A stretch of DNA of 64,000 nucleotides, from NCBI GenBank assembly GCA_044225365.1, contig JBGAIQ010000001.1:320001-384000 (forward strand), in the 5' to 3' direction. The position numbers were made by a program, and so were the translations under genes. Below are positions 54,430 through 64,000 of this stretch, one piece after another. A model generated the notes under the pieces. That model did not search any database. It saw only the letters and a program-made list of their open reading frames with translations, and had not been told where the DNA came from. Position 1 is the stretch's first letter, and each line of letters begins with the position of its first letter. Origin of the DNA: Planctomycetota bacterium (GTDB lineage: Bacteria > Planctomycetota > B15-G4 > JADJEK01).

Positions 54430-56973
54430 TCACTTCGCGTTCCGCAGGCTCTCGATATAGCTCGTGCGCGCCTGACCGTAGCGTCCGGTTCTACGAATGT
54501 CTGCGACGAACGTGGCGGCGAGCGCTTTCAAGCGTCGTTGTCTCGTCGCGATCTCGTCGACGACGGCGAGCGGGAGCCCAGAAACGAGCGGCGGCACGTC
54601 GGGCGTGGCGGCGAGCCAATCGTAGACGTCGAGCGGGTAGGTGCCGAACGACACGAGAGGGGCGTGGAACTCGATCCAGGGATGCTCGTCCGTGTTCAGC
54701 GCGTCGGCCCGTCGTTCGAATTCCGCGAGACTCGCATCGGTCACGAAGCAGCATGCGACGAGATCCTTCGCGTCGCGCACGCCGACGCTCTCCAGCATCT
54801 TCTTCAACGTCGGATCGGCCGCGATGCGGGCTTCGATCGCCACGGGATCGAGTTCGATCGGAGCATCGGAACCGAGCAGCACCATGTCGTAGCCCGTGAC
54901 CCAGGCGGTGACGTGGGGGAAGACCGAGCGGAAGGTCTTCACGATGCCCGCGATGTCGGAGAGCGCGAGATCGTAGAGCGGGATCCACTGCGACATCATT
55001 CCCGCGGGGCGCAGGTGGTCGCGACCGAGTCGGTAGTACTCCTGGGTGTAGAGGTAGGCCGAACCGGAGACGCAGGGATCGATCGGATCCGCGGAGATGA
55101 CGTCGAACGTGCGCCCGCATCGCGTGAGATAGCTACGTCCGTCATCGCGCAGGATCGTGACGTCAGGGCGTTCGTGGAGCTGCGCGTTGAACGAGGCGAA
55201 CTCGCGGGCGGCGTCGATCACCGCGTCGCTGATCTCGACGACCGTTAGTTCGCCGCCGGCGACCGCGAGTGCGCCCGAGGTCATGCCGGTTCCGAGCCCG
55301 ATGCACAGCAGGTCCTGCGGGTCGCGATGAGTGAGCGTCGAGACGAATCCGAGCAGGAGCTGTAGTCGGCGATCGATGAAGATGGAGGTGGCCACCGCTT
55401 TGCCGCTCACCATGAGCGAGAGGATCGGCAACTCTTCGGCCTCGTCGTCGACCTCGTAGACCTTCGCGGCGGAGGCGGTGGCTTCGCGATAGAACACGGG
55501 GCGCAAGCCCTCCGCGGCGCCCGGATCCACACCGGGTTTCAGGAGGGCGCTACCGGGCAGGACGAAGAGGGCGGCGACGGCGGCGACGAGCCGGCCGCGC
55601 GGCGGTTCCTTCGCGCGCTGGGATGAGCGGAACAGGATGGCGCCCGCGAGCGCGCAGACGCCGACGAGCAGGAAGAGCGACGTGCGCAGGCCCAACATCG
55701 GCAGCAGCACGAAAGCCGCGGCGAGCGATCCCGCGATCGACCCGATCGTGTTCCACAGATAAAGGCGCCCGAGCGAGCCGCTGAGGTGGCGTCCCTGGCG
55801 ACAGACGACACGAATCGCGGCGGGCAGGAACGCTCCCGAGAGCGCGGTCGCGAGGAAGAGGCCGAGGAACGACAGCTTGAACGTGACCTTCAGGTACCGC
55901 AGGGGCGTGAAGACGTCGAGATGTTCACCCGGTTCGAGCAGTTCGATGTTCTTCCCGCCGGCGAGGACGTCGCCGCCGCCGATCTTCCATTCGATGAGCG
56001 CGATGCCGAATCCGATCGCGCCGCCGAAGGCGAGTGCGAGGCAGGCGAGGACGGCCCGGGGGGCCCGCGAGCGTTCCGCGAGCTCGCCGCCGAAAGCGCC
56101 GCCGATCGCGATGCCGAGCAAGAAGACGGCGAGCACGGCGCCGAAGACGTAGACGGTTCCGCCGAGCAGGGAGATGAGGATGCGGTTCGCGAGCACTTGC
56201 AACGCGATCGCGGTGAAGCCGATCGCACCGACCGCGAACGCGATGTCGACGAGGTACGGCGACTCCTCGCCGTTGCGCTTCGCGGGCTTCGTCTCGTCGG
56301 GAAGTTCCATCGGCGCGTCGAACGCGGGATTCGACGCGAGGAGGAACGCCGCGATCGCGATGGCGATATTGAGTCCCGCCGCCAGATGCGTGGCGCCGAG
56401 CAGCCCGAGCCGCGGAAGAGCGAAGTAGGAGGCGAGGAGCGCGCCGCCGCAAGCGCCGAGCGTGTTCACGCCGTAGAGCCAGCCGACGCGAGTCGCGATT
56501 CCGGTGGCCTCCTCGGCCGCCTCGCCCTCCCTTCCGCCCTTGGCGATTGCGCGACCGAGCACTGGGAACGTCGCTCCCATCAGGAACGTCGGGATCGCGA
56601 GCACGAGGAACGAGCCTACGAGTGCGAGCAGCGGAAAGCTCGCGGAGCCCACGGTGGGCAGCGCGCCGCTCTGCGCGAGATGACGCAAACCCCTGAAAAG
56701 AAATGGCGACGCATAGCCGAAAAGAGCGATGAGCGCCTCGAGGGCGGCATAGGCCTTGAGCGGTGGATGGCGTCCGAGGGCAGGCCCGAGGAAGCGCGCG
56801 CCGGCGCCGAGGCCGAGCAGGAACGACCCGACGACGGCAGCGATCGCATGGACCGCGACACCGAAGACGAGTCCGAGGCTGCGAAAGAACACGACTTCGT
56901 AGACGAGCGCCGCCGCTCCCGAGACGAAGGCGAGCAGGAGCAGGAGAGACGTGCAGAACCGATTCATCGCCAT
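54430..56973 (-). CDS. Fused MFS-like membrane domain / spermidine synthase-like protein
   Basis: SGAAALVYEV, LMGATFP, LYGVNTLG repeated membrane halves, then IGLGTGMT, VEIS, DDGR, FDVISADP; start ATG 56973 or 56967. Confidence 0.9.
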   Translation of the reverse strand: MAMNRFCTSLLLLLAFVSGAAALVYEVVFFRSLGLVFGVAVHAIAAVVGSFLLGLGAGARFLGPALGRHPPLKAYAALEALIALFGYASPFLFRGLRHLAQSGALPTVGSASFPLLALVGSFLVLAIPTFLMGATFPVLGRAIAKGGREGEAAEEATGIATRVGWLYGVNTLGACGGALLASYFALPRLGLLGATHLAAGLNIAIAIAAFLLASNPAFDAPMELPDETKPAKRNGEESPYLVDIAFAVGAIGFTAIALQVLANRILISLLGGTVYVFGAVLAVFLLGIAIGGAFGGELAERSRAPRAVLACLALAFGGAIGFGIALIEWKIGGGDVLAGGKNIELLEPGEHLDVFTPLRYLKVTFKLSFLGLFLATALSGAFLPAAIRVVCRQGRHLSGSLGRLYLWNTIGSIAGSLAAAFVLLPMLGLRTSLFLLVGVCALAGAILFRSSQRAKEPPRGRLVAAVAALFVLPGSALLKPGVDPGAAEGLRPVFYREATASAAKVYEVDDEAEELPILSLMVSGKAVATSIFIDRRLQLLLGFVSTLTHRDPQDLLCIGLGTGMTSGALAVAGGELTVVEISDAVIDAAREFASFNAQLHERPDVTILRDDGRSYLTRCGRTFDVISADPIDPCVSGSAYLYTQEYYRLGRDHLRPAGMMSQWIPLYDLALSDIAGIVKTFRSVFPHVTAWVTGYDMVLLGSDAPIELDPVAIEARIAADPTLKKMLESVGVRDAKDLVACCFVTDASLAEFERRADALNTDEHPWIEFHAPLVSFGTYPLDVYDWLAATPDVPPLVSGLPLAVVDEIATRQRRLKALAATFVADIRRTGRYGQARTSYIESLRNAK

Positions 56974-57003
56974 CGCAATCGGAGTGAGGGCCGTTCGTCC
57001 ACG

Positions 57004-57029
57004 CGAAGGCCGTCGCGCGACGGCCTTCG
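57004..57029. promoter_or_regulatory. Perfect 26-bp palindrome in a divergent intergenic region
   Basis: CGAAGGCCGTCGC-GCGACGGCCTTCG. Confidence 0.45.
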
Positions 57030-57210
57030 TCTCACCTGTTCGCGGGACGTGCGGGGCGTGCGCTCGGCCAGGGGAGGAAGCGAGGGAGCATAACAGCCCG
57101 TTGCAGAACTCGGCCGGCATTCGCGGAGCTGCGAGGTGCGGGGCGAATTCGACCGTGTTCCGTGAGCGAGCCGGTAGAGTCGGGGACCACGAACGAACGT
57201 GTGCCGTCCG

Positions 57211-58782
57211 ATGACCACCGCCACCGCGAGACAAGACGAGGACCTGGCCAAGAGTCCGCCGAAGGAGAGCGTCCAGCCGGTCGAACCCGCGCTCGTGCGC
57301 TGGCTCCGCCATTCGTTCGGCGCGATCGCAACGGGGACGCAGGTGGCGATCGACGTCGCCGCGATCCTCTCCGCGTGCGCGACGGCGTACGTGCTCTGGT
57401 CGCGCGTCCAGCCTCTGCGCCATCTCGTCCCGTTCTCCGAGTACGGGCCGCTGTTCGCGATCGTCGTGATCGTCGAGATCGCGCTCTTTTTCTGGCTCGG
57501 CATGTATCGCATGCAGAAGAGCATCCTCAACATCGAGGACTTCCGCGGCGCCTTGAAGGCCGTGATCTTCGGCTTCCTCATCGTGAGCTTCTTGCACTTC
57601 TCGTTGCAGGAGTCGGTCATCTATCCGCGCGCGACCGAGAGCGAATCGGGGCTCTATCGTCTCGTCGCGCAGGCCCATCACGCGATCGCCTTCCTGCCGG
57701 TCAACACGTACTCGCGGTACGTAATGGCGCTCGCGTTCCTGTTCGTCTTCTTCTTCGTCGCGATCGAGCGCTGGATCTGCTTCAAGGCGGTGCAGTACCT
57801 GCATCTGCGAGGGATCGGCACGAGCAACCTCCTGATCCTCGGCGCCGGCCCGCTCGGCCGCGCCCTTCAGAAGCGGCTCTTCATCTCGCCGCGGCTCGGC
57901 TACAACCTTGTCGGTTTCCTCGACGAGGATCCTTCGCGCGTCGGCCAGAGGATGATGAAGTCGCGCGTGCTCGGCACTTTTCACGACTTCGATCGGATCG
58001 TCACGGCCTACAAGGTCGGGATGGTGCTGATGGCGGATTCGGATTCCGGCTACGCGGATCCGCGACGGCGCGAGGCCGCCGAGCGCTGCCAACGCATGGG
58101 GATCGAGATCGCGTTCGTTCCGCCCCTCGTCGTCTCGCCGAATCTGCCGCCGTTGAAGTTGTCGCGGCTCGATACACAGCCGCTCCTCATGTTCGCGCGG
58201 GCGCGGTCCCGGCCGCTCTACAACTTCTATCAGCGAGCCTTCGATCTCGGCGTCGCCTCCCTGGCGATCCTGATCTTCTTGCCCTTCTTCCTGTTCTTCC
58301 CGTTCCTCATCAAGATGACCTCGAAGGGTCCCGCGTTCTTCCGGCAGACGCGGATCGGGAAGAACGGACGATCGTTCGAGATGCTGAAGTTCCGCACGAT
58401 GCACGTCGACGCGCCCAAGTACTCGGTGAGCCCGCGCACGAGCGACGACCCGCGGCTCACGCGCGTCGGTCGTTTCCTCCGTCGCACATCGGTCGACGAA
58501 CTGCCGCAGCTCATCAATGTTCTGCGCGGCGAGATGAGCATCGTCGGGCCGCGACCCGAGATGCCGTTCATCGTCGAGCACTACGACTCGCTGGTACGCC
58601 AGCGATTGAACGTGAAGCCGGGCATGACGGGCTTGTGGCAGATCTCGCACGCGCGCGAGGAGGACATCCACGAGAACGTGGACTTCGATCTCTACTACGT
58701 CGAGAACGCCTCGATCACGATGGATCTCGTCATCGTCATCCTCACGGTGTTCTCCGTGATCCGCGGAGTGGGCGCGTACTGA
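57211..58782 (+). CDS. Priming polyprenyl glycosylphosphotransferase (WcaJ/WbaP-like sugar transferase)
   Basis: TMs, ILGAG CoA-binding-like domain, KFRTM, DDPRLT.VGRFLRRTSVDELPQL, GPRPE, KPGMTGLWQ. Confidence 0.94.
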   Translation: MTTATARQDEDLAKSPPKESVQPVEPALVRWLRHSFGAIATGTQVAIDVAAILSACATAYVLWSRVQPLRHLVPFSEYGPLFAIVVIVEIALFFWLGMYRMQKSILNIEDFRGALKAVIFGFLIVSFLHFSLQESVIYPRATESESGLYRLVAQAHHAIAFLPVNTYSRYVMALAFLFVFFFVAIERWICFKAVQYLHLRGIGTSNLLILGAGPLGRALQKRLFISPRLGYNLVGFLDEDPSRVGQRMMKSRVLGTFHDFDRIVTAYKVGMVLMADSDSGYADPRRREAAERCQRMGIEIAFVPPLVVSPNLPPLKLSRLDTQPLLMFARARSRPLYNFYQRAFDLGVASLAILIFLPFFLFFPFLIKMTSKGPAFFRQTRIGKNGRSFEMLKFRTMHVDAPKYSVSPRTSDDPRLTRVGRFLRRTSVDELPQLINVLRGEMSIVGPRPEMPFIVEHYDSLVRQRLNVKPGMTGLWQISHAREEDIHENVDFDLYYVENASITMDLVIVILTVFSVIRGVGAY

Positions 58783-59969
58783 TGACGGGCGAACGGCCGA
58801 TCCGCGTCGCGGAGGTGATGGAATGCACGATCGGCGGGACGCGCCGCCACATCGGCGAGTTGACGACGGGGCTCGCGCGCCGCGGCTTCGACGTCACGTT
58901 GTTCGCCTCGGCCGAGCGTGACAAGACGTTCCAGGACGATCTCGAGCGCATCGCGGCAGCGGGCGTGAAGGTGACGACACTGCCGATGAGACGCGAGATC
59001 TCGCCACTTCGCGACGCGTGGCATCAGCTCCGCTTGATCGCAGCGTTCCTTCGCGGCGGTTTCGACGTCGTCCATACGCACTCGAGCAAGGCCGGTGCAC
59101 TCGGGCGGGTTGCCGCGCGGATCGCGGCGCGCCGCGCCGCCATCGTCCACACCCCGCATACCTTCGCGTTCAACTTCGCGGAACAGTTCAGTGCGCGGAA
59201 GCGCAAGATGTTCCTCGGGGTCGAGCGATTCCTCGGGCGCGTGACGGATCGCATGATCCACGTGTCGCGGAGCGAGCGGCTGGAGGGGATCGGCCTCGGC
59301 ATCATCGCCGAGGAACGGGCGATCGTGGTCGAGAATGGCGTCGATCCGCGGCCCTACGAAGAAGCGGCGCTCCACCGCGCTGTCGTGCGGAAGGAACTGT
59401 CGATCGCCGAGGACGCGCTGCTCGTCGGTGCGGTCGGATTGCTCAACGAGGCGAAGGGTCACGACTATCTGGTCGCCGCAATGGAGCGGGTGCGAGCCGT
59501 ACTGCCGCACGCGCAATGCGTCATCGTGGGCGAGGGCGCGCTGCGTCCTTCGCTCGAGGACAAGATCGCCCGCATGTCGCCGCCGGGCGGCGTGCGGCTC
59601 CTCGGCTATCGGCGCGACGTTCCGCGTGTCCTCGCCGCGCTCGACGTCTTCGCGATGCCATCGCTCTGGGAAGGAATGCCGTACGGCGTCCTCGAAGCGA
59701 TGGCGAGCGGATTGCCGGTGATCGCGAGCGATGTCAACGGCTGTCGGGATCTCGTCGCGGACGAAGTCACGGGACTCTTGATCCCGGCGCGCGATTCCAT
59801 GGCGCTCGCGAACGGGCTCCTGCGACTGCTCCGCGATGAACCCCTTCGTGCGCGGCTCGGCGCTGCCGGTAGGAAACTCGTGGCGACGCGCTACTCTCTC
59901 GAGACGATGATCGATCACTACGCCGAACTCTTCCGCTCGCTCTGCCGCCGCACGGGGACGACCTCGTGA
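58782..59969 (+). CDS. GT4 family glycosyltransferase
   Basis: GGTRRH, HTHSSKAG, NGVD, PSLWEGMPYGVLEAMASG. Confidence 0.92.
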   Translation: MTGERPIRVAEVMECTIGGTRRHIGELTTGLARRGFDVTLFASAERDKTFQDDLERIAAAGVKVTTLPMRREISPLRDAWHQLRLIAAFLRGGFDVVHTHSSKAGALGRVAARIAARRAAIVHTPHTFAFNFAEQFSARKRKMFLGVERFLGRVTDRMIHVSRSERLEGIGLGIIAEERAIVVENGVDPRPYEEAALHRAVVRKELSIAEDALLVGAVGLLNEAKGHDYLVAAMERVRAVLPHAQCVIVGEGALRPSLEDKIARMSPPGGVRLLGYRRDVPRVLAALDVFAMPSLWEGMPYGVLEAMASGLPVIASDVNGCRDLVADEVTGLLIPARDSMALANGLLRLLRDEPLRARLGAAGRKLVATRYSLETMIDHYAELFRSLCRRTGTTS

Positions 59970-61096
59970 TGGCGCTGCCGAACACCGCTCCAAGGCGCAT
60001 CCTCTACATCATCACCACGCTCGATGTCGGCGGCGCCGAGAAGCATCTGCTGTGGCTCGCACAGGGAATGATCGAGCGCGGCGCGCGATGCGACGTGCTG
60101 TATCTCAAGGGCGAAGGACGGCTCGTTCCGAGATTCAAGGAGTTGGGCTGTGAGGTCGCGAAGGTCGAGTTCGAGCGGCCGACGCAGGCCTTCTCGGCGG
60201 TGCTCGCGCTCGCGTCGCGCATGAAGCGCGGCGACTACGACGTCGTCCACTCGCACCTCTTGAAGGCCGATGCGCTCACCGCGCTCGCGGCGCGACTCTT
60301 CCGTCCGAAGCGCCTCATCGCCTCGAAGCACAACGAGGAGCAGGTGCTGAAGAAACGGCCCGTCGCGATCGTGCATCGCGTCCTGACGCGCGTCGTCGAT
60401 CGGGTCATTGCGCTCTCCGACTACGTCGCGCGCTACGTGGCGACGACCGGTCGGATCGACGAATCGAAGATCACGCGCGTGTACTACGGCATCGATCCGA
60501 AGCGATTCGCGAATGGGGACCGCGTGCGAGCCCGGGCGGCGCTCGGGCTCTCCGACGCCGTCCACGTCGGTCTCTGCGTCGCGCGTTTCCATCCTCAGAA
60601 GGACCACGCCACGCTGTTCCGCGCCGTCGATCGGCTGCGCAAGGCGAATCGAAACGTCGTTCTGCTGCTCGCCGGCGGCGACCCGTTCTACGGCTTCAAG
60701 GAACAGCTCGAGAAGCTGTGCGAGTCGATGGGTCTCACTCAGCACGTGCGGTTCCTCGGGATCCGCGACGACGTCCCCGAGCTGCTCGCGGCCTGCGATG
60801 TCTTCGTCCTGCCTTCGATCTACGAGGGACTCGGATTGGTGTACCTCGAGGCGATGGCGGCGTCGCGGCCCGTGCTCGCGACGAACGGGACGGCGATCCC
60901 CGAAGTCGTCGTCTCCGGCGAGACGGGCGAATTGATCACGATCGGCGACGACGCCGCGCTCGCGACGGCGTGGGAGAAGCTCGTCCTCGATCGGTCGCTC
61001 GGCGAACGCTACGGAAAGGCCGGAAGCCAACGGGTGGATCGCATGTTCACCTTGCCGCGCATGATCGACGAGACGCTCGCCGTCTACCGCGGCTGA
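59966..61096 (+). CDS. GT4 family glycosyltransferase
   Basis: GGAEKH, VHSHL, KDH, PSIYEGLGLVYLEAMAA. Confidence 0.92.
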   Translation: MMALPNTAPRRILYIITTLDVGGAEKHLLWLAQGMIERGARCDVLYLKGEGRLVPRFKELGCEVAKVEFERPTQAFSAVLALASRMKRGDYDVVHSHLLKADALTALAARLFRPKRLIASKHNEEQVLKKRPVAIVHRVLTRVVDRVIALSDYVARYVATTGRIDESKITRVYYGIDPKRFANGDRVRARAALGLSDAVHVGLCVARFHPQKDHATLFRAVDRLRKANRNVVLLLAGGDPFYGFKEQLEKLCESMGLTQHVRFLGIRDDVPELLAACDVFVLPSIYEGLGLVYLEAMAASRPVLATNGTAIPEVVVSGETGELITIGDDAALATAWEKLVLDRSLGERYGKAGSQRVDRMFTLPRMIDETLAVYRG

Positions 61097-61173
61097 GCGA
61101 CCATGCCTTCGAGTGCGGACGGGCCGGTGTGCCGATTCGGCGCAGCACGAGTTCGAAAATGCCGGCCTGGGCG

Positions 61174-61189
61174 CGGCACGTCCTATGCT
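61174..61189 (+). promoter_or_regulatory. Sigma-54 (-24/-12) promoter upstream of sppA
   Basis: CGGCACGTCCTATGCT = GG-N10-GC; consensus TGGCACG-N4-TTGCW. Confidence 0.5.
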
Positions 61190-61284
61190 CGCGGGGGAAC
61201 TGCTCGAGTGCCGATCCTCGATTCGACGAGGACTCGATCCCGCGCTCGGCGTCGCCATCCGAATTGGAGATACCAAGGAACACC

Positions 61285-63105
61285 ATGATCCTGCCTCGCA
61301 AGTCTCTCCTCCTCGCTCTCTCGATCCTTCCTGGCATCTACGGGTTCACGGCCGCGCTCGGCGCGGAGGACACCACGAAGACGCCCGTGAACGCTCCACA
61401 TCAGATCGTCGAGGTCAAGCTGAAGGGGACCTTCAGCGAGGATCCGAAGGCCGCGAATCCGTTCGGCCCGCAGGCGAAGAACTTCCGGGGGTTGCTGGAC
61501 GAGTTGCGCGCCATCGCGAAGGATCCGAGCGTGGTGGGTGTGAAGCTCATCGTCGAGGACGTGCCGGATTTCGCGCGCTCCCTCGATCTCCTGGATCAAC
61601 TCCGGGCAGTAAAGGCCGCGGGCAAGAAGATCGTGTCGTACGCCGAGGGACTCTCGCAGCGCAGTCTCATGTTCGCATCGGTCGCCGATGAGCTGTGGTT
61701 GCCGCCTTCGGGTCAGATCACGCTCGAAGGCCTCGCGATCCAGCCGATGTACCTCAAGAACCTGCTCGCGATGCTCGACGTGGAGATGAAGATCGTCCAC
61801 ATCGGGGAGTACAAGACCGCGTACGAGGACTATGCGCGCGATTCGATGAGTCCGCAGCAGCGCGAGGTGATCGAGCACCTCTTGAACGAGTACTGGTCGG
61901 AGATGCTCGATGCGATCGCGCACAATCGCGGCATCGGCCGTGAAGTCGTGGAGAAAGCCTTCGACTCGATCTTCGTGACGGCGGGCGAGGCGCAGAAGAT
62001 GGGCCTCGTGACGAACGTCGGCTACGAGGACGAATTCGACGCACGATGCACCGCGATGTTCTCCGGCGCGACGACCTCGAAGCACTACGGCGAATCCGAC
62101 TCGAAGGCGGAACTGGACAGGGCGCTCGAGAATCCGATCGCGGCGTTCGCGCTCCTGCCGAAGCTGCTCAATCCGCCGAAGGTCGAGCTGAAGGCGGAGC
62201 CCCGCATCGCGATCGTCTACGCCTCGGGCGCGATCCAGTCGGGCAAGAGCGCGGCCGGGCTCAACGGCGAAGTGACCTCGATGGGCAGCGAGACGATCGT
62301 GGAAGCGCTCGAAGCGGCGCTGAACGACGATTGGGTGAAGGCCGTCGTCCTGCGGATCAACAGTCCGGGCGGCAGCGCACTTGCTTCCGACATGATCTGG
62401 CGCGCGACCCAGCGCGTGAAGGCGAAGAAGCCGATCATCGCATCGATGGGTGGTGTGGCCGGCTCTGGCGGATACTGGATCGCGATGGGTTGCGACAAGA
62501 TCATCGCGCAGCCTTCGACGATCACGGGCTCGATCGGTGTCGTCGGCATGTTGCCCGACGTCTCGAAGGCGCTGAAGCGATTCGGCGTCAACGTCGAGAG
62601 CGTCGGCAAGGGGCCGCACGTCGAGGATCTCGCGCTGATGAAGAACGGGCCGACCGAAGCGCTCCAGCAGCGGTTGCGCGAATCGATGGAAGGTGTCTAC
62701 GGCGAGTTCATCAAGAAGGTGAGCTCGGGTCGTGGGCTGCCGCAGAAGAACGTCGAGGCGTTCGCGAAGGGCCGCGTGTGGACGGGCCGCGAGGCGCTCG
62801 ACATCGGTCTCGTCGATCAACTCGGCGGACTCGATGACGCGATCGCGATGGCCTGCAAGGCTGCGAACGGGCTCGATCCGAAGACGACGCCGATCGTGGA
62901 GTTGCCCGCTGCGAAGAACTTCGGCGACACGATCCAGGACCTGATGGACCAGTACGCAACGGTACGGTCGCCCGTCGCGCTCATGCTCGAGCAGCTCGGA
63001 CTGTCGACGGTCGCGCAGCAGATCGATGTCCTCGCTCACAACCTGCAGCCCGGTGGCGCCGACGCGATCCAGGCGGTGATGCCGCTCTTCGTGACGGCGC
63101 GCTGA
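61285..63105 (+). CDS. sppA: Signal peptide peptidase SppA (67K type)
   Basis: GEYKTA (catalytic Lys), LRINSPGGS, SMGGVAGSGGYWIA, TITGSIGV, GRVWTG; start ATG 61285. Confidence 0.94.
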   Translation: MILPRKSLLLALSILPGIYGFTAALGAEDTTKTPVNAPHQIVEVKLKGTFSEDPKAANPFGPQAKNFRGLLDELRAIAKDPSVVGVKLIVEDVPDFARSLDLLDQLRAVKAAGKKIVSYAEGLSQRSLMFASVADELWLPPSGQITLEGLAIQPMYLKNLLAMLDVEMKIVHIGEYKTAYEDYARDSMSPQQREVIEHLLNEYWSEMLDAIAHNRGIGREVVEKAFDSIFVTAGEAQKMGLVTNVGYEDEFDARCTAMFSGATTSKHYGESDSKAELDRALENPIAAFALLPKLLNPPKVELKAEPRIAIVYASGAIQSGKSAAGLNGEVTSMGSETIVEALEAALNDDWVKAVVLRINSPGGSALASDMIWRATQRVKAKKPIIASMGGVAGSGGYWIAMGCDKIIAQPSTITGSIGVVGMLPDVSKALKRFGVNVESVGKGPHVEDLALMKNGPTEALQQRLRESMEGVYGEFIKKVSSGRGLPQKNVEAFAKGRVWTGREALDIGLVDQLGGLDDAIAMACKAANGLDPKTTPIVELPAAKNFGDTIQDLMDQYATVRSPVALMLEQLGLSTVAQQIDVLAHNLQPGGADAIQAVMPLFVTAR

Positions 63106-63140
63106 TCCGCGCGAGGCATCGAGATTCACGACGCAGAATT

Positions 63141-63173
63141 GGAATAGGGACCGTCCTGTCGGTCCCTATTTCC
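63141..63173. terminator. Hairpin between convergent sppA and fur-like gene (probable bidirectional terminator)
   Basis: AATAGGGACCG-TCCTGT-CGGTCCCTATT stem-loop. Confidence 0.65.
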
Positions 63174-63212
63174 ATTCTCGGAATTCGTGTCGGGCGTGGC
63201 CCCGCACCGAGT

Positions 63213-63668
63213 TCAGAGGTCGCACGTCGGGGCGACGACGTCGCGGCAATCGGGGCAAGCGCCGATGCAGGTGACGAAGACGTGGCCCACGACGAATTCG
63301 GGAGGCGTCACGGGATCGAGACCATCGAGCGTCGAGTCGACGAAGTCGCTGATCCGCGCGCAATGCTGACAGATGAAGTGGTGGTGCGGATCGAGCCGCG
63401 CGTCGTAGCGAACGCCGACGCCGAAATGTCCGACCCGGCGCGCGAGGCCGATCTCGGCGAGCGTCTCGAGGCTGCGGAACACGGTTGCGCGTGACAATCC
63501 CGGAGCGAGTGCGATCACTCGCTCGAAGACCTGGTCGGCAGTCGGATGATCGCTCGCACCCCACAGCGTCTGCAATACCGCTTGGCGTTGCAAAGTGAAC
63601 GAACGATTCGCGCGCTTGCACACCTCTTGGGCGTGACTCCGCGCTTCGGTCCAAGTGTGATTACTCAT
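63213..63668 (-). CDS. Fur family transcriptional regulator (PerR-like)
   Basis: TLQRQAV, HPTADQV, LSRATVFRSL, HHHFICQHC, CPDC; start ATG 63668. Confidence 0.92.
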   Translation of the reverse strand: MSNHTWTEARSHAQEVCKRANRSFTLQRQAVLQTLWGASDHPTADQVFERVIALAPGLSRATVFRSLETLAEIGLARRVGHFGVGVRYDARLDPHHHFICQHCARISDFVDSTLDGLDPVTPPEFVVGHVFVTCIGACPDCRDVVAPTCDL

Positions 63669-63919
63669 GCGCAGATTCGCAGACTCTGGGGCGAGAGCCG
63701 GGATCTTCCGGACGCGACCCGATTCATCCATAGGTCGTTATGTCGTTCGAATTGCGACCACCCGTTCGGGTGATGGCGCGAACGGGATTCCATCTTAACT
63801 CGAATCCGCGGAGAATCGCGCACCCATCGTCGAGTGCTTCGCGGAGTGCTTTACGAACCCGGTCATGCATGTCGCAGGGGCAGAACGCAGCGCAATCGCA
63901 TCGCAGGTGAGAGCAAATC

Positions 63920-63947
63920 TTGAATGCGATTAGATCGCATATATGAT
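63920..63947 (+). promoter_or_regulatory. Sigma-70 promoter with an operator palindrome in the spacer
   Basis: TTGAAT-N16-TATGAT enclosing ATGCGAT-TAG-ATCGCAT (63924-63940). Confidence 0.6.
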
Positions 63948-64000
63948 CTTGCGCCCAAGGGGAAGCTGCCGACGCGCGAGCGATCGGCGCCCCTGACGAA

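Noticed and set aside
54430-58671. 1413-aa ORF as one giant protein
   Set aside because: The N-terminal ~565 aa is the antisense shadow of the sugar transferase gene plus intergenic DNA; the real protein starts near 56973.

Overview
GC-rich bacterial chromosomal window; a Planctomycetota-like source is inferred from domain content, not proven. Bases 1-25.5 kb are a flagellar cluster. The minus strand carries fliC-fliD-fliS-(fliT-like)-fliO-fliP. Divergent from it are motA and two tandem MotB-like genes whose OmpA-like domains have lost the peptidoglycan-binding motif, followed by a convergent GT2-TPR glycosyltransferase. A long plus-strand operon then starts with three uncharacterised membrane/periplasmic TPR proteins (one with an STN-like domain), translationally coupled to a FleS/FleR-type two-component pair, and continues flgBC-fliEFGHIJ-(ylxF/motE-like)-fliLMN. 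FliM lacks the CheY-binding peptide. The best candidate for an undescribed system is a flagellar motor with non-canonical stator B subunits plus a dedicated TPR/STN scaffold. The remainder is mixed housekeeping and accessory DNA: a phytase-like esterase, a secreted metzincin, an asnB-like pair, a PLD nuclease, a lipoprotein glutathione peroxidase, a PAS hybrid kinase, PrsW, HIT, a sugar kinase, an HTTM/DCC1/Fpg operon, tRNA-Val and tRNA-Pro, a sulfatase-like protein, lexA, a ~190-nt rod-shaped 6S-like RNA candidate, nadB, a LysM protein, secDF, rplS, trmD, ribE, an SDR, a fused MFS/spermidine synthase, EPS glycosyltransferases, sppA and a Fur/PerR regulator. All calls come from reading motifs by eye; no database searches were run.
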